The position numbers and the translations under genes are program-made. The notes below the pieces were generated by a model. The model was not told where the DNA came from and did no database searches. It saw nothing but the letters and a program-made list of their open reading frames with translations. Positions 24,591-36,415 of a stretch of DNA of 64,000 bases are shown piece after piece. How positions within the stretch are numbered: position 1 is the stretch's first letter; every line of letters starts with the position of its first letter. Origin of the DNA: Haliotis rufescens (Eukaryota); NCBI RefSeq assembly GCF_023055435.1, contig NW_025964201.1, forward strand, positions 2,542,001 to 2,606,000, in the 5' to 3' direction.

Positions 24591-25352
24591 CGGTATTGAA
24601 TGGTTAAGATGTATATAGGGAACGGGTTGTATTGTGAGTGTTGTATTACAGCCCGGCGTCTCCATACTGACACATTTTGTAAGGTGGTTCTATACCCTTT
24701 AGTATTGTATTCACTGTATTCCCAGACGACTGAGCGATTACCTATTGTAAGTTATATAAGGGTGTACCAAGCATAGCAGTAGAGACCCACTTTCACCGCC
24801 ACAGTGATCAGGCCGCAGCTTAAGCCAGACCCTGAACACAAAGACGGCTCCCCCCAGGAATACGCTCACTTGACTCAATGTTTGCCTCGGCAGAAGACAA
24901 CAACATGTGTATCAGGATATTACTCCACTTCTCTTTAACCTGCTTTATGTAAAAATCGCGATCTAACTGAGAACTAATTTCTCCTACTCATCGGTATGTC
25001 TTTCTAGTCACTGCAAAAAGCCTTTAGTCGTGTTAGTTAAAGTCAGCCACGTAAAATAATTCATGTAGTAAATGGTTTGTCATGTTTTAATTTTGTATGA
25101 GTTTCAACTGTACAACAATGTCGATTCATCACGTAACGTTGTTCGAAGATGGCTCTGTTCACCAAACAGTGAATGAACTCCCGGCAGTATGTAATGTGAC
25201 TGTTCACCTTCAAAGGTTGTATTCTCCTCAGGGAGATGAGAATGAAAATCGAGTGCACACTGATCCATTCAACGCGGTAATAATGTCACACTTGGAACAT
25301 GCTTTGGGGTGTGGATTTGGCCCATTATAAATATGCACATTATTCTTATTAT

Positions 25353-28300
25353 CTAGACAAACATATTTTCAGGTGTGGTATTCCTGAATTCCGAGTTTTG
25401 GTCACTTTGGTGAGGATTGGTCGGCAGTTCTTCAAAGTTAGCATTCCCGTCCAGCTTTCTGTAGTCATGGTCGCCATCTTGGCTGTCACAGATGTCCAGG
25501 CGCTGGTAGGTGTTGCTGTCTGAGTCCTCTGCCATGTGTTCATGAAACGGCACTTCTGATTGGTCAGGTGGTTCAATCACGTGATCAAAGTGGGTGTACG
25601 TGTGCTCGTTTGTAGGCATGCTTGCCGTCGCCTTACGGTTACAACAGCATCTGGAATGCTGGATTACTTTGCTGAAACAGAAGTAAGGAATAGAAACTCT
25701 TAGACGTCACACATGATTGTTTTCCTGCGAATGGTTGTCAATAATTGTTGTCAATAAGTGGTGAGTCTTGTTTGACCCGTGTTCTAGTTGTATAACGGCG
25801 TGAAAGCTTCATGTGGGAGGAAAAACCAGATGTGATGCAGGTATTACACTTTTACCGCTTTGTGAAACCCACGAACACCTGTATGGTGCTCACAAACCTA
25901 AAACCTACTCAGGTCGAACCGGGATTCTGACCCACGATCCTAGATTTCTGGTACCCTAAGGGACACACATGAGCATGTTAATAGACAGTTACCGTTCAGT
26001 AGCTAAACATGTCGTTACATCCTGGAGTATGCTACTTACAAATACACGACTGCTGCAACCAGGAGGAGAAGGCCTATGACAGCCACTGCTCCAACGACAC
26101 TCCCTACTATCACGGCAGTGTCTTCTGAAATCGTTACATAAACTGTCTACATCAAAGCGGTAATTTTCAACATGCTCTTGCAGGGTGTGGGTTANNNNNN
26201 NNNNNNNNNNNNNNNNNNNNNNNNNNNNNNNNNNNNNNNNNNNNNNNNNNNNNNNNNNNNNNNNNNNNNNNNNNNNNNNNNNNNNNNNNNNNNNNNNNNN
26301 NNNNNNNNNNNNNNNNNNNNNNNNNNNNNNNNTTGACGTTTCAAAGGTAAAATGTTAAACAGTTTGTCAACAGATTTAATATTACACGTTTGTCATCACG
26401 AGTGTCTTTCATTCAATACCTGCTCTGTTGGGTTACCCCCAGTGAGATGAAGTCCCCGGTGCCTGATGCTGATTACAGGAAGAAACTGAACTAGGGAGTT
26501 TGACCTGCTCAAAGTATGTCATCGTTCACTGAAGGCGTTGATCGTCGACCGGTGTGGTCGATCATTATAGGCAGCGGTAAACAACATTCACTCGAATATT
26601 TACTTATCTAAGTACAAAAAGTTTATTATCAACTTACCTTTGACGTTTGCAGGTGGTTTTAAAGACGATAGTGTGTGTGCAGGTGCACCTCCACTGCACG
26701 TGACTGTCATGGATGCTGCACCTGCCAATGTTTTATTAGTTACTATCGTTATGACGCATTGATCAACCATTCCTCCAGTTTAATTAAAATTAGATCTTAG
26801 TTCTCGCTACCGCCCCAAAAAAACAACATCTGAGGACATCCCATTGCAGGTCATGTCAGAACGACCTTTCATCTGACCAATCAGAGCATCGCTTATCAGA
26901 TCATGAAAATGACAATTGGAATGTGATTTGTTATCGTGCAACCTTGAAAAAACACACACATGGTATTCCGAACGACAGTTATGTCTGTATTCATACAATC
27001 TAGACCATCTGTTTGCCATTCCAGAATGTGAGAGTATATGTCAAAGCGCAGTCGCCAGTTTGAAACTCGTACCGTAGAGCTCGATTAAGCTGCCTTCTGA
27101 TTGGCTATTGTCGACTTCTTGTTAGTCATTCCATTGGTCGGTCAAACTTCGCGAAAGGTCGGTCTGACGTGACCCCTAATGGGATGTCCTCAGATCTTCG
27201 TTTAGTGGTAGCGAGAACTAAGATCTGATTTCATGAAATTCCTATTCCACGCGCTGTAAACGTCAACACATATCTGCCCAACACAGAGAGGTGATGCAAC
27301 TACATAAGTTCTAGAAATGTTACATCACAGTCTGTCTCGGACGCTTAACTCTTTTGTGAAATCCCCGAGTATGGATATGGTGCTGACAGGCCAAGGATCA
27401 TAATTGGAAAGAATTTGGGATTCGAACCCGTGAACCACGGATACTTACACAAGGAATATCAGTACCTTCCATCGCCGTGCCATAAGTAGCAATGTACATA
27501 TAAATGCATATTATACATGTAACACAGTGATGTATTGTGCGGAACAAGAATTGTTAGGTTTGTTTGTCAGAGAACAGGTTTCTACACTACTATACCTAGT
27601 GTTTGTTTGTTTGTTGTTTAACGTCGCACTCAGCAATATTCCAGCTATATGAAGGCGGTCTGTGAATAATCGACCAGACAATCCAGTGATTGACATCATG
27701 AGCATCTATCCACGCAATTGGGATACGATGACATGCATCAAACAAGTCAGCGAGCCTGACCACCCGATCCCGTTAGTCGCACCTTACGACAAGCATAGTC
27801 GTTTTTTTACGGCAAGCATGGGTTGCTGAAGACCTATTCCACCCCGGATCATCACGGGTCACTATACCTAGTGAACAGTGTAACAAAGTAAATACACATT
27901 CACCTACTTTCTATCTTTATCCAGGCATGTTGACCTATTTTCACGTTAGCAGCAAGACTCAGGTGTAAACTGTCCACGCTGTCCATTGCTTGAGTATTGT
28001 ACACAAAGTAGTGATCAGGGTGGGAGTTCCACAAAGAGTTTTCTCCCCTTAACGTCATGGTGGCTCTGTCACCCTCCCTGTGCCTGAAGAACAGTCCCAG
28101 GATGTACACGTTCATGGCCGCGCCCACGACGTGGCAGGCGCACGTGTTGCTGGTGTTGAGAACACCACGTGGGTAGTTGGGAGTTGCGAGGTACAGGGTA
28201 TAACCAGCTCCAGAAGAAACCGCTGTGTTGCTGCAGATATCTAAATAGGGATCTGGAATTGAAGACAATAATAATAATAATGAGTGTCAACCAAGCGAAG

Positions 28301-31300
28301 TGCCATATCAAATCGGCCAAGACTCATTTTTTAAAGGAGAGGCTATCTGAACGACCACTGCATCGAGTGTATGTGCAATTTGTTGAGAAGATCAGCAATC
28401 CTGCAGAGTCCTTTGCTTGGATGAAGTCGTCTGGACTGAAAAGTGAAACAGAAGGCTTTCTGTTTGCTGCTCAGGACCAGTCACTTCCAACTCGAAACCG
28501 TCAATGTGTGATTTTGCATCAAAATATGAATATGAAATGTAGATTATGCAATTAATTTAATGAGACTGTCCAACACATTGTCAGTGGGTGTCCAGCTTTG
28601 GCACAGACAGAATATCTTAAGCGACATGACGGGGTGGCTCGATCATTTTATTACCGTCTTCGCCATGCTTGTGGTTTTGACACAGAGGTCCACCCATGGT
28701 ACGACCCGGAATATGAAGAGGGCATCATGGAAAATGATGAATACAAAATTCTTTGGAATAGGCCCATTGACAGCCTCAGCCTCTGCATTTTTTTTATTTT
28801 AATCTGTAAATAATAATAATAATGAGGAAAGGAAAAGGAATTCATTGATAATGAAACGTCTGTGAATTTGACAATGTTACTTCTTACATCATATGAAAGA
28901 ACGTATCATAATCTAGACAAATGTCCTGGTCTGTGTACAGCAAGGGATAGGAGACCTGGTGGTAAGCAGCCAGTCACACCGTGAAACACACGTACCCGTC
29001 ACACACTCATATGACAGTGTCACGATATATGACGTTGTGGGTCCACACGTGTCAGTCAACCAGAAACTCGAGATTCCCTGCAGGCAGGATGAAGCCCCTT
29101 GGCAGTCAGTCCGCAGCCCTTGTTTCTGAGTCTCCTGCAGGTATTCACACGTGTCGTCCTGTGTGACACATCCTGGTGACGTCTTCCTGTACAGGACGCG
29201 GACCAGGTGGATCCTGCCAGGGTGCCCGCACTGCAGGCTCGTGGACGTCTCGGACTGATTGCTACATACATGCCTGGACAACAGTTCACCTGAAACACGG
29301 TGGAGTCGTTTTGAGTTTGTTTGTTGAGTCCACTAAAATACAAATATGTCTCGGTATCACTGTCTAGGTGTTATACACATATGTGTCTGTATAACTGTCT
29401 TGGTGTTGTCAAACTGATATACGGGGCGGTCGGGTAGCCTAGTGGTTAAAGAGTTCGCTCGAAGACACGGGTTCGATTCCCGACATGGGTACAACGTGTG
29501 AAGCCCCTTTCTTGTGTCCCCCGCCGTGATATTACTGGAATATTGCTAAAAGCGGCGTAAAACCATACTCACTCACTCAAACTGATATGCACTAATGTTA
29601 TAAAGTGTAGTAACATCTATAAAAACATGAGGGTTGAGACACACAGGCAAGACGCCGGCATCCCAATGGCGCTCCCTTTCTTGCTGATCTGTTTCTTAAT
29701 GCTCATGAATCAGAATTTCTGCTCGGATCAAAATCGCAAGGGAATTTGCCCAAGAAGTAACATAAGTGTCGCCGGGTATACATTTAAAACACGTATTTTC
29801 ACATGACTTAGCTCTCTCTGTCCGTTTACGTACTCTTCATCTCTTACTCCTACTCCTGATTGTCTGACCAGCTGTATCTCGTGCACATACCCGGGGTGTG
29901 ATGTGGACACTTTAAATTGTCACTTTTTGTCACGCCACAGCCGAGGGAAGACCTTCTTGCTCCCTCGACTCAACATCAATTCATATTGATGCCATTTATA
30001 TCTTTTACAGATTTGTACCCTTATCTATCTGCTTTCTTTATGGTACGCTAGTTGATAGAAAGGTAACGCGATCGTAGAAACTAAATCATAAATGTAATCA
30101 ATTGTGAATATTCTACTCCATTAAAAGGCATCGCGTTGCACGAGATTACCAATTCACTGTATGCATGTCCTATGTTAATCATGCATATATTATATTTAGG
30201 AGATCAACATACTGTGTTTTCAATGTAGAGCTAGGTTACCTGTAGATTTAACCCCACTAAATTGAATTTGGAACCGAACGCGCAGCGTGAGGCTTCAAAT
30301 GTTAAATTTAGCGCGGTTAAATCTACAGGTAACCTAGCTCTACATTGAAAACACAGTATGTTTATCTCCATTCTACCATGACTAAATAAAACGCGAACTC
30401 TTTGATGTTAGCAAATATACTGAGTGAAGCGGCATTGGTTGAGTTCAGTGTTTTGAGTGGGTTATCGATCTGAATTACGGAATCACCGAACAAAATGTGG
30501 CGCTGTATATACTCAAGCAGTTTGTTTACACCGTAATACTTCACTGGAACATATGACAGGCATTGAAAGCATATAAGCACGGCAACTTGCTAAGCTAACA
30601 TGAGGTGGGCATCCCTTAAGAAAACAAAGCAAGCTTTGCAAGGCTTTCGCTCTACATCGCAAACGATATGACGTCACAGTCGTATATAGAAAAGCGCCAA
30701 AATTCCAAGCTCTCTGTTGTCTCCAAAACGTAAATACATTCAACACGTCCCATTTTAATTCTGGAAACCCAAAAGTCCAGAAACTCTACGGTCTTTACCG
30801 ACTCTCGGTCAAAGGTATTTACAAAATTAAACATGCTGTTTTCATGGGAACATACCAAGGAAGAAAAAAATTAAAAAAAATTGTTAAAAAACTCAATATT
30901 TACACTTTCTCGCCCATGGGCCTGCCCATGGGCGAGAATATGTTCCATTACTCAAAATTCATGTTTTTGTTTGGCAAATACATTAAATGTATTTATTCAA
31001 GTATCATGACACAAAATTTAACTCATTTTAACTTAATTCAACTATTTTATAGCGATATTGAAATATTTCGCCCATGGGCGAGAAATAGGTTTGGCCCATG
31101 GGCGAGAATATGATCCTTTACTTAAAACTCATGTTTTTGTTTCGCAAATACATTAAATGTAGTCATTCAAGTATCATGACACAAAATTTAACTCATTTTA
31201 ACTTAATTCAACTATTTTATAGCAATATTGAAATATTTGGCCCATGGGGGAGAAAAAGGTTTGGCCCATGGGCGAGAATATTTTCCTTTGCTCAACAGTT

Positions 31301-34300
31301 TTAGTTTCGCAAATACATAAAGGTTTCCCTTTTTAGATTTAAATCGTGTTTTCTGCATGAAATGTATTGCCACACATCCTTTAAATATTGTAGTAACCGC
31401 ATCTGTGCATTTTGTAACCTGTAATTGTAGATATAATTATTTAAATATGCCTACCGACAATGGCTGAAAATAGTACTTTTCTATGAATATTAGCTTCCGC
31501 GGTGATGCGGGCGTCAAACCAGCTGTTTCAATCAGAGTTTTTTTGTGATTTAATAGCCTCTGATTGACTAATCAGAATCGAGTAAATTTCAAATTCATGG
31601 TAGAATATTGCATAACATATCATAAAATTGTACTTTTTAATGTTTTGACGTTACCCCTTGTGTGTGCCACCGAAAACATTCGTTGTTACAGCTGATTTAT
31701 GTAAAGTAACAACGTTAGAATCTGGTATTTAGCCAACCTATTGAAAGTAACAGTGTTAAAATATTGTATTTCAGCAATAAAGTCAAGTTAACCTTCAAGT
31801 CAAGGAATAGCTCCAGCCTTTGATGTGCACATTTCACAAGTTCTGAGAGACATTCGACCTTGCTCTTTCTATGAAGATTCCCACAGTTGTCATTCATACG
31901 ACTCTTCCTCACTTGTCTTATCAAGGTTAGCATATTCAGTAAATAATTCAGAACGTGTCAGGAGAGACATGTGGAGGCCATTTCCAAATGTTACGCATCT
32001 CTGACAACAATCATATCGGATGCAATTCCCTGCTATCTGCTCCCATGTTCTTTCAGATGAACAACTGACTTGCCTTTGCGTGTGTTTGTGCCCAGTGCTA
32101 CAGGTGGGGCGCGATTTACTCACTTTATCGCGGATAGTTGGTATCATCACTATTTGATAGAGATTCGTGTACACATGCTCAGGGTAAAGTCGGAGGAATC
32201 GCACAACTGACTCTGCATCAGGACGAGGTTTCTTATGACCATCTTTTAACATTTTTTGGTGTGACGGGGATCGAACCCCTACCTTCCCCTCTCCGGGCGG
32301 ACGCTCTACCACTAGACCACGGAAGCTGTATTGATCTTCTCCCATGATAAATGTACACCAGCACTATTTTTGCGAGGCGCTCTAGTTCACCACAATGCTG
32401 AAGTAACATGACCAACTGTAACAATATTTGTATATATGACTTCCTACCAAAATAAATTAAATCATGATATCGTAGTTTTGTTTTTCGAACGATATGGCTT
32501 ATGAACAACAATTCTTGATTTATCTGGCGGTGTCTCCCACTCATATCACGTACTAAATGTTACCTATAAAAAAACAATAGGTTTAACTTCAAGCATCTCG
32601 ACACGAGACATCTAAGGCACATTGTGAAAATTACAAACATCAGGAAACAATGGCAGCTTCGACCATGTTCACATGAAAGCCCTACTGATACCGTCCATGT
32701 GTATTTACACGAAAGCCCTACTGATACTGCCCCTATGTATTCCCATGAAAGCCCTACTGATGCTGCCCTAATGTATTCACATAAAAGCCCAACTGATACC
32801 GTCCGTATGTATTCACATGAAAGCCCTACTGATATCGCACCTGTGTATTCCAATGAAAGCCCTACTGATACTGCCCCTATGTATTCCCATGAAAGTAATA
32901 CTGATACTGCCCCAATTTATTCCAACGAAAGCCCTACTGATACCGTCCCTATAAATTCACATGAAAGCCCCACTGATACCGTCCCTATGAATTCACATGA
33001 AAACCCTACTGATACCGTCCCAATGAATTCACATGAAAGCTCTACTGATACTGCCCCTATGTATTCGCATAAAAGTCCTACTGATACCGTCCTTCTGTAT
33101 TCACATGAAATTCCTACTGATACTGCCCCTATGTATTCGGATAAACGTCATACTGATACCGTCCGTATGTATTCACATGAAAGCCCTACTGATACTGCCC
33201 CTATGTATTCGGATAAACGTCATACTGATACCGTCCGTATGTATTCACATGAAAGCCCTACTGATATCGAACCTGTGAATTCCTATGCAAGCCCTACTGA
33301 TACCGTCCTTGTGTATTCACATGAAATCCCTACTGATACTGCCCTTATATATTCACATGAAAACAATACTGATACTGCCCCAATGTATTCAAATGAAAGC
33401 CCTACTGATACCGCCCCTATGTATTCCCATGAACGCCATACTGATACCGCCCCTAAGTATTCCCAGGAAAGCTCTACTGATAGTGCACCTATGTATTCAC
33501 ATTAAATCCCTACTGATACTGCCTCTATTTATTATTATGAAAGCCCTACTGATATCGTCCGTATGTATTCACATGAAAGTCCTACTGATACCGTCCCTAT
33601 GTATTCCTATGCAAGCCCTACTGATACCGTCCTTATTTATTCACATGAAAGCCCTACTGATACTGCCCTTATGTATTCACATGAAAGCCCTACTGATACT
33701 GCCCTTATGTATTCCCATGAAAGCCCTACTGATACCATCCTTATGTATTCATATGAAAGTCCTACTGATACCGCCCCCTATTTATTCCCATGAAAGTCCT
33801 ACTGATAACGCCCCTATGTATTCCCAGAAAAGCTCTACTGATAGTGCCCCTATGTATTCACATTAAAACCCTACTGATACTGCCTCTACGTATTCACCAG
33901 AAAGCCCTACTGATATCGTCCGTGTGTATTCACATGAAAGTCCTACTGATACTGTCTTATGTATTCACATGAAAGCCCAACTGATACCGTCCCTCTGTAT
34001 TCCCATGCAAGCCCTACTGATACTACCCCTATGTATTCGCACGCAAGTCCAACTAATACTGCCCCAATGTATTCCCATGAAAACCCTACTGATAACATCC
34101 TTATGTATTCACATGAAAGCCCAACTGATATCGTCCCTCTGTATTCCCATGCAAGCCCTACTGATACTACCCCTATGTATTCGCACGCAAGTCCAACTAA
34201 TACTGCCCCAATGTATTCCCATGAAAACCCTACTGATAACATCCTTATGTATTCACATGAAAGCCCTACTGATACTGCCCTTATGTTTTCCCATGAAAGC

Positions 34301-36019
34301 CCTACTGATAACATCCTTATGTATTCACATGAACGCCACACTGATACCGCCCCTATGTATTTCCAGGAAAGCTCTACTGATAGTGCACCTATGTATTCAC
34401 ATTAAAACCCTACTTATACTGCCTCTACGTATTCACATAAAAACCCTACTGATATCGCCCCTATGTATTCACATGAACGTTTTATTGATACCGCCCTTAT
34501 GTATTCCCATAAAAGCAGTACTGATACCGTCCTTATGAATTCACATGCAAGCCCTACTGATACTGCCCCTATGTATTCACATGAACGTTCTATTGATACC
34601 GCCCTTATGTATTCCCATAAAAGTGGTACTGATACCGTCCTTATGAGTTTACATGCAAGCCCTACTGATACCGCCCCTATGTATTCTCATGAACGCCATA
34701 CTGATACCGCCCCTATGTATTCCCAGAAAAGCTCTACTGATAGTGCACCTATGTATTCACATTAAATCCCTACTGATACTGCCTCTACGTATTCACATGA
34801 AAGCCCTACCGATACTAACCCTATGAATTCACATGAAAGCCCTATTGATACTGTCTTAAGTATTCACATAAAAGCCCTACTGATACCGTCCTTGTGTATT
34901 CACATGAAATTCCTACTGATACCACTCCTAGGTATTCACATGAAAGCCCTACTGATACTGCCCCTATGTATTCGGATAAAAGTCATACTTATACCGTCTT
35001 TGTGTATTTACATGAACGCCCTACCGATACCGCCCCTATGTATTCGGATAAACGTCCTACTGATACCGTCCTTGTGTATTCACATGACAGCCATTCTGAT
35101 ACCCTCCCTATAAATTCACATGAAAGCCCTACTGATACTGCCCCTATGTATTCGGATAAACGTCCTACTGATACCGTCCTTGTGTATTCACATGACAGCC
35201 ATGCTGATACCCTCCCTATATATTCACATGAAAGCCCTACTGATACTGCCCCTATGTATTCGCATGAAAGACCTACTGATACTGCACCTATGTATTCACA
35301 TGACAGCCATTCTTATACCCTCCCTATATATTCACATGAAAGCCCTACTGACACTGCCCCTATGTATTCCCATGAAAGAAACCTAATGATACTACACCTA
35401 TGTATTCACATGAAAGCCCTACTGATGCTGCATCTATGTATTCACATGACAGCCCTACTGATACCGTCTTATGTATTCACATGAAAGCCCTACTGATACC
35501 GCCCTTATGTATTCACATGAAAGTACTGTGCAGGTGGTTGTAGGAAGGGATGATAACTGCCAGGTCTACCCTCTGTTGATGGATTGTTTACATTAGTTGT
35601 GTTTTTCCTGATTTGCTGTATTCCCGGATAAGACCTCCTCGGTCTGATGTAGTTTACACCCCGCTTGTTGACGACGTGTACGTCGTGTTGATGTCATTGA
35701 TAGCATGGGCGTATCGATTAGTGAAGACACCGACAGACGAAACCAGTCAACTAGGATTGTATAGATAAAAAATAGTTTGCAACACCTTCATAGCTGATAC
35801 GAGTACTGGCGACTAAATTAACAACAAACGAGTGTATTCGTTACATTTGACACTCATAACTACACCGACATCCTGCATCTGTAGCGTACAGCTACTTGCA
35901 ACAGCAACATCTACCCTCGACAGTTTCTACAAGCAACATGTTAGATTCCTCTACTACTCACCCAGTGACAGGCTTGTGCACAGGCCGAGGATAAACACCA
36001 CATTCGTCCATACAATCAT
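25353..36019 (-). CDS. Gene 3: SUEL-lectin-like + CUB-like single-pass receptor with ITAM-like tail (~394 aa; 6 coding exons: 36019-35962, 29289-28996, 28252-27908, 26721-26638, 26124-26040, 25671-25353)
   Basis: In-frame GT-AG joins (phases 1,1,1,1,2; 1185 nt). Signal peptide MIVWTNVVFILGLCTSLSLG is homologous to that of gene 2 (W..FILG). The CUB-like exon is 345 nt, as in gene 2. TM AVIVGSVVGAVAVIGLLLLVAAVVYF, juxtamembrane CCC, and tail YQRL-x11-YRKL. An extra small exon could be hidden in the N-gap at 26195-26332. Confidence 0.85.
26787..27231. mobile_element. MITE with long imperfect TIRs
   Basis: AAATTAGATCTTAGTTCTCGCTACC..CTGAGGACATCCCATT / AATGGGATGTCCTCAG..GGTAGCGAGAACTAAGATCTGATTT. 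Confidence 0.78.
27600..27861 (-). mobile_element. Family C repeat, near full length
   Basis: Reverse complement matches 52500-52767; (AAAC)n tail. Confidence 0.82.
28268..28823 (+). mobile_element. R4/Dong-like RLE non-LTR retrotransposon fragment in gene 3 intron
   Basis: SFAWMKSSGLKSETEGFLFAAQDQSLPTRN..CRLCN*FNETVQHIVSGCPALAQTEYLKRHDGVA..ENDEYKILWN (CCHC knuckle + RHD motif); flanked by (TAA)n on both sides. Confidence 0.8.
29423..29578 (+). mobile_element. tRNA-derived SINE family A
   Basis: A box TAGCCTAGTGG, B box GGTTCGATTCC, (ACTC)n tail. Confidence 0.85.
30199..30369. repeat. Foldback palindrome / hairpin MITE
   Basis: AACATACTGTGTTTTCAATGTAGAGCTAGGTTACCTGTAGATTTAACC and its exact reverse complement around a partly paired centre. 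Confidence 0.85.
30912..31281. repeat. Tandem duplication of ~175-bp AT-rich unit bounded by CCCATGGGCGAGAATA motifs
   Basis: Two near-identical blocks; the palindromic CCCATGGG recurs six times; probably subterminal repeats of a DNA transposon. Confidence 0.75.
32235..32324 (-). mobile_element. SINE family B head
   Basis: Minus strand CCGTGGTCTAGTGGTAGAGCGTCCGCCCGGAGAGGGGAAGGTAGGGGTTCGATCCCC. Confidence 0.7.
32665..35525. repeat. 36-bp minisatellite (~79 units) in gene 3 intron 1
   Basis: ATTCACATGAAAGCCCTACTGATACTGCCCCTATGT in tandem, with recurring higher-order variant blocks, stops and 1-nt indels. Confidence 0.95.
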
Positions 36020-36039
36020 ACTTAGTTCAGGCAGTCTAC

Positions 36040-36415
36040 AGCGTGTCAGCCTCGCCACAGTAGAGTGTCAGCCTCCCAGAATAGCGTGTCAGCCTCGCCA
36101 CAGTAGAGTGTCAGCCTCCCCAGAATAGCGTGTCAGCCTCCCTAGAATAGCGTGTCAGCCTCCCCAGAACAGCGTGTCAGCCTCCCCAGAACAGCGTGTC
36201 AGCCTCCCCAGAATAGCGTGTCAGCCTCCCCAGAACAGCGTGTCAGCCTCCCCAGAATAGCGTGTCAGCCTCCCCAGAATAGCGTGTCAGCCTCCCCAGA
36301 ATAGCGTGTCAGCCTCCCCAGAACAGCGTGTCAGCCTCCCCAGAACAGCGTGTCAGCCTCCCCAGAACAGCGTGTCAGCCTCCCCAGAACAGCGTGTCAG
36401 CCTCGCCACAGTAGC
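36040..36415. repeat. 22-bp minisatellite (~17 units) just upstream of the gene 3 ATG
   Basis: AGCGTGTCAGCCTCCCCAGAA(C/T) in tandem. Confidence 0.93.

Noticed and set aside
26420-26490. Possible extra stalk exon of gene 3 (CAG|GTATTG donor)
   Set aside because: The candidate acceptors give the wrong phase or an in-frame stop; the model is in frame without it.
29666-29806. Plus-strand signal-peptide-like ORF MALPFLLICFLMLMNQNFCS
   Set aside because: Short, with no convincing downstream exons; it lies antisense in gene 3 intron 1 and is likely chance.
32624-35484. Long (YSHESPTDTAPM)n ORFs as a repetitive protein
   Set aside because: They arise from a 36-bp intronic minisatellite antisense to gene 3, with recurrent stops and 1-nt frameshifts and no splice or signal context.
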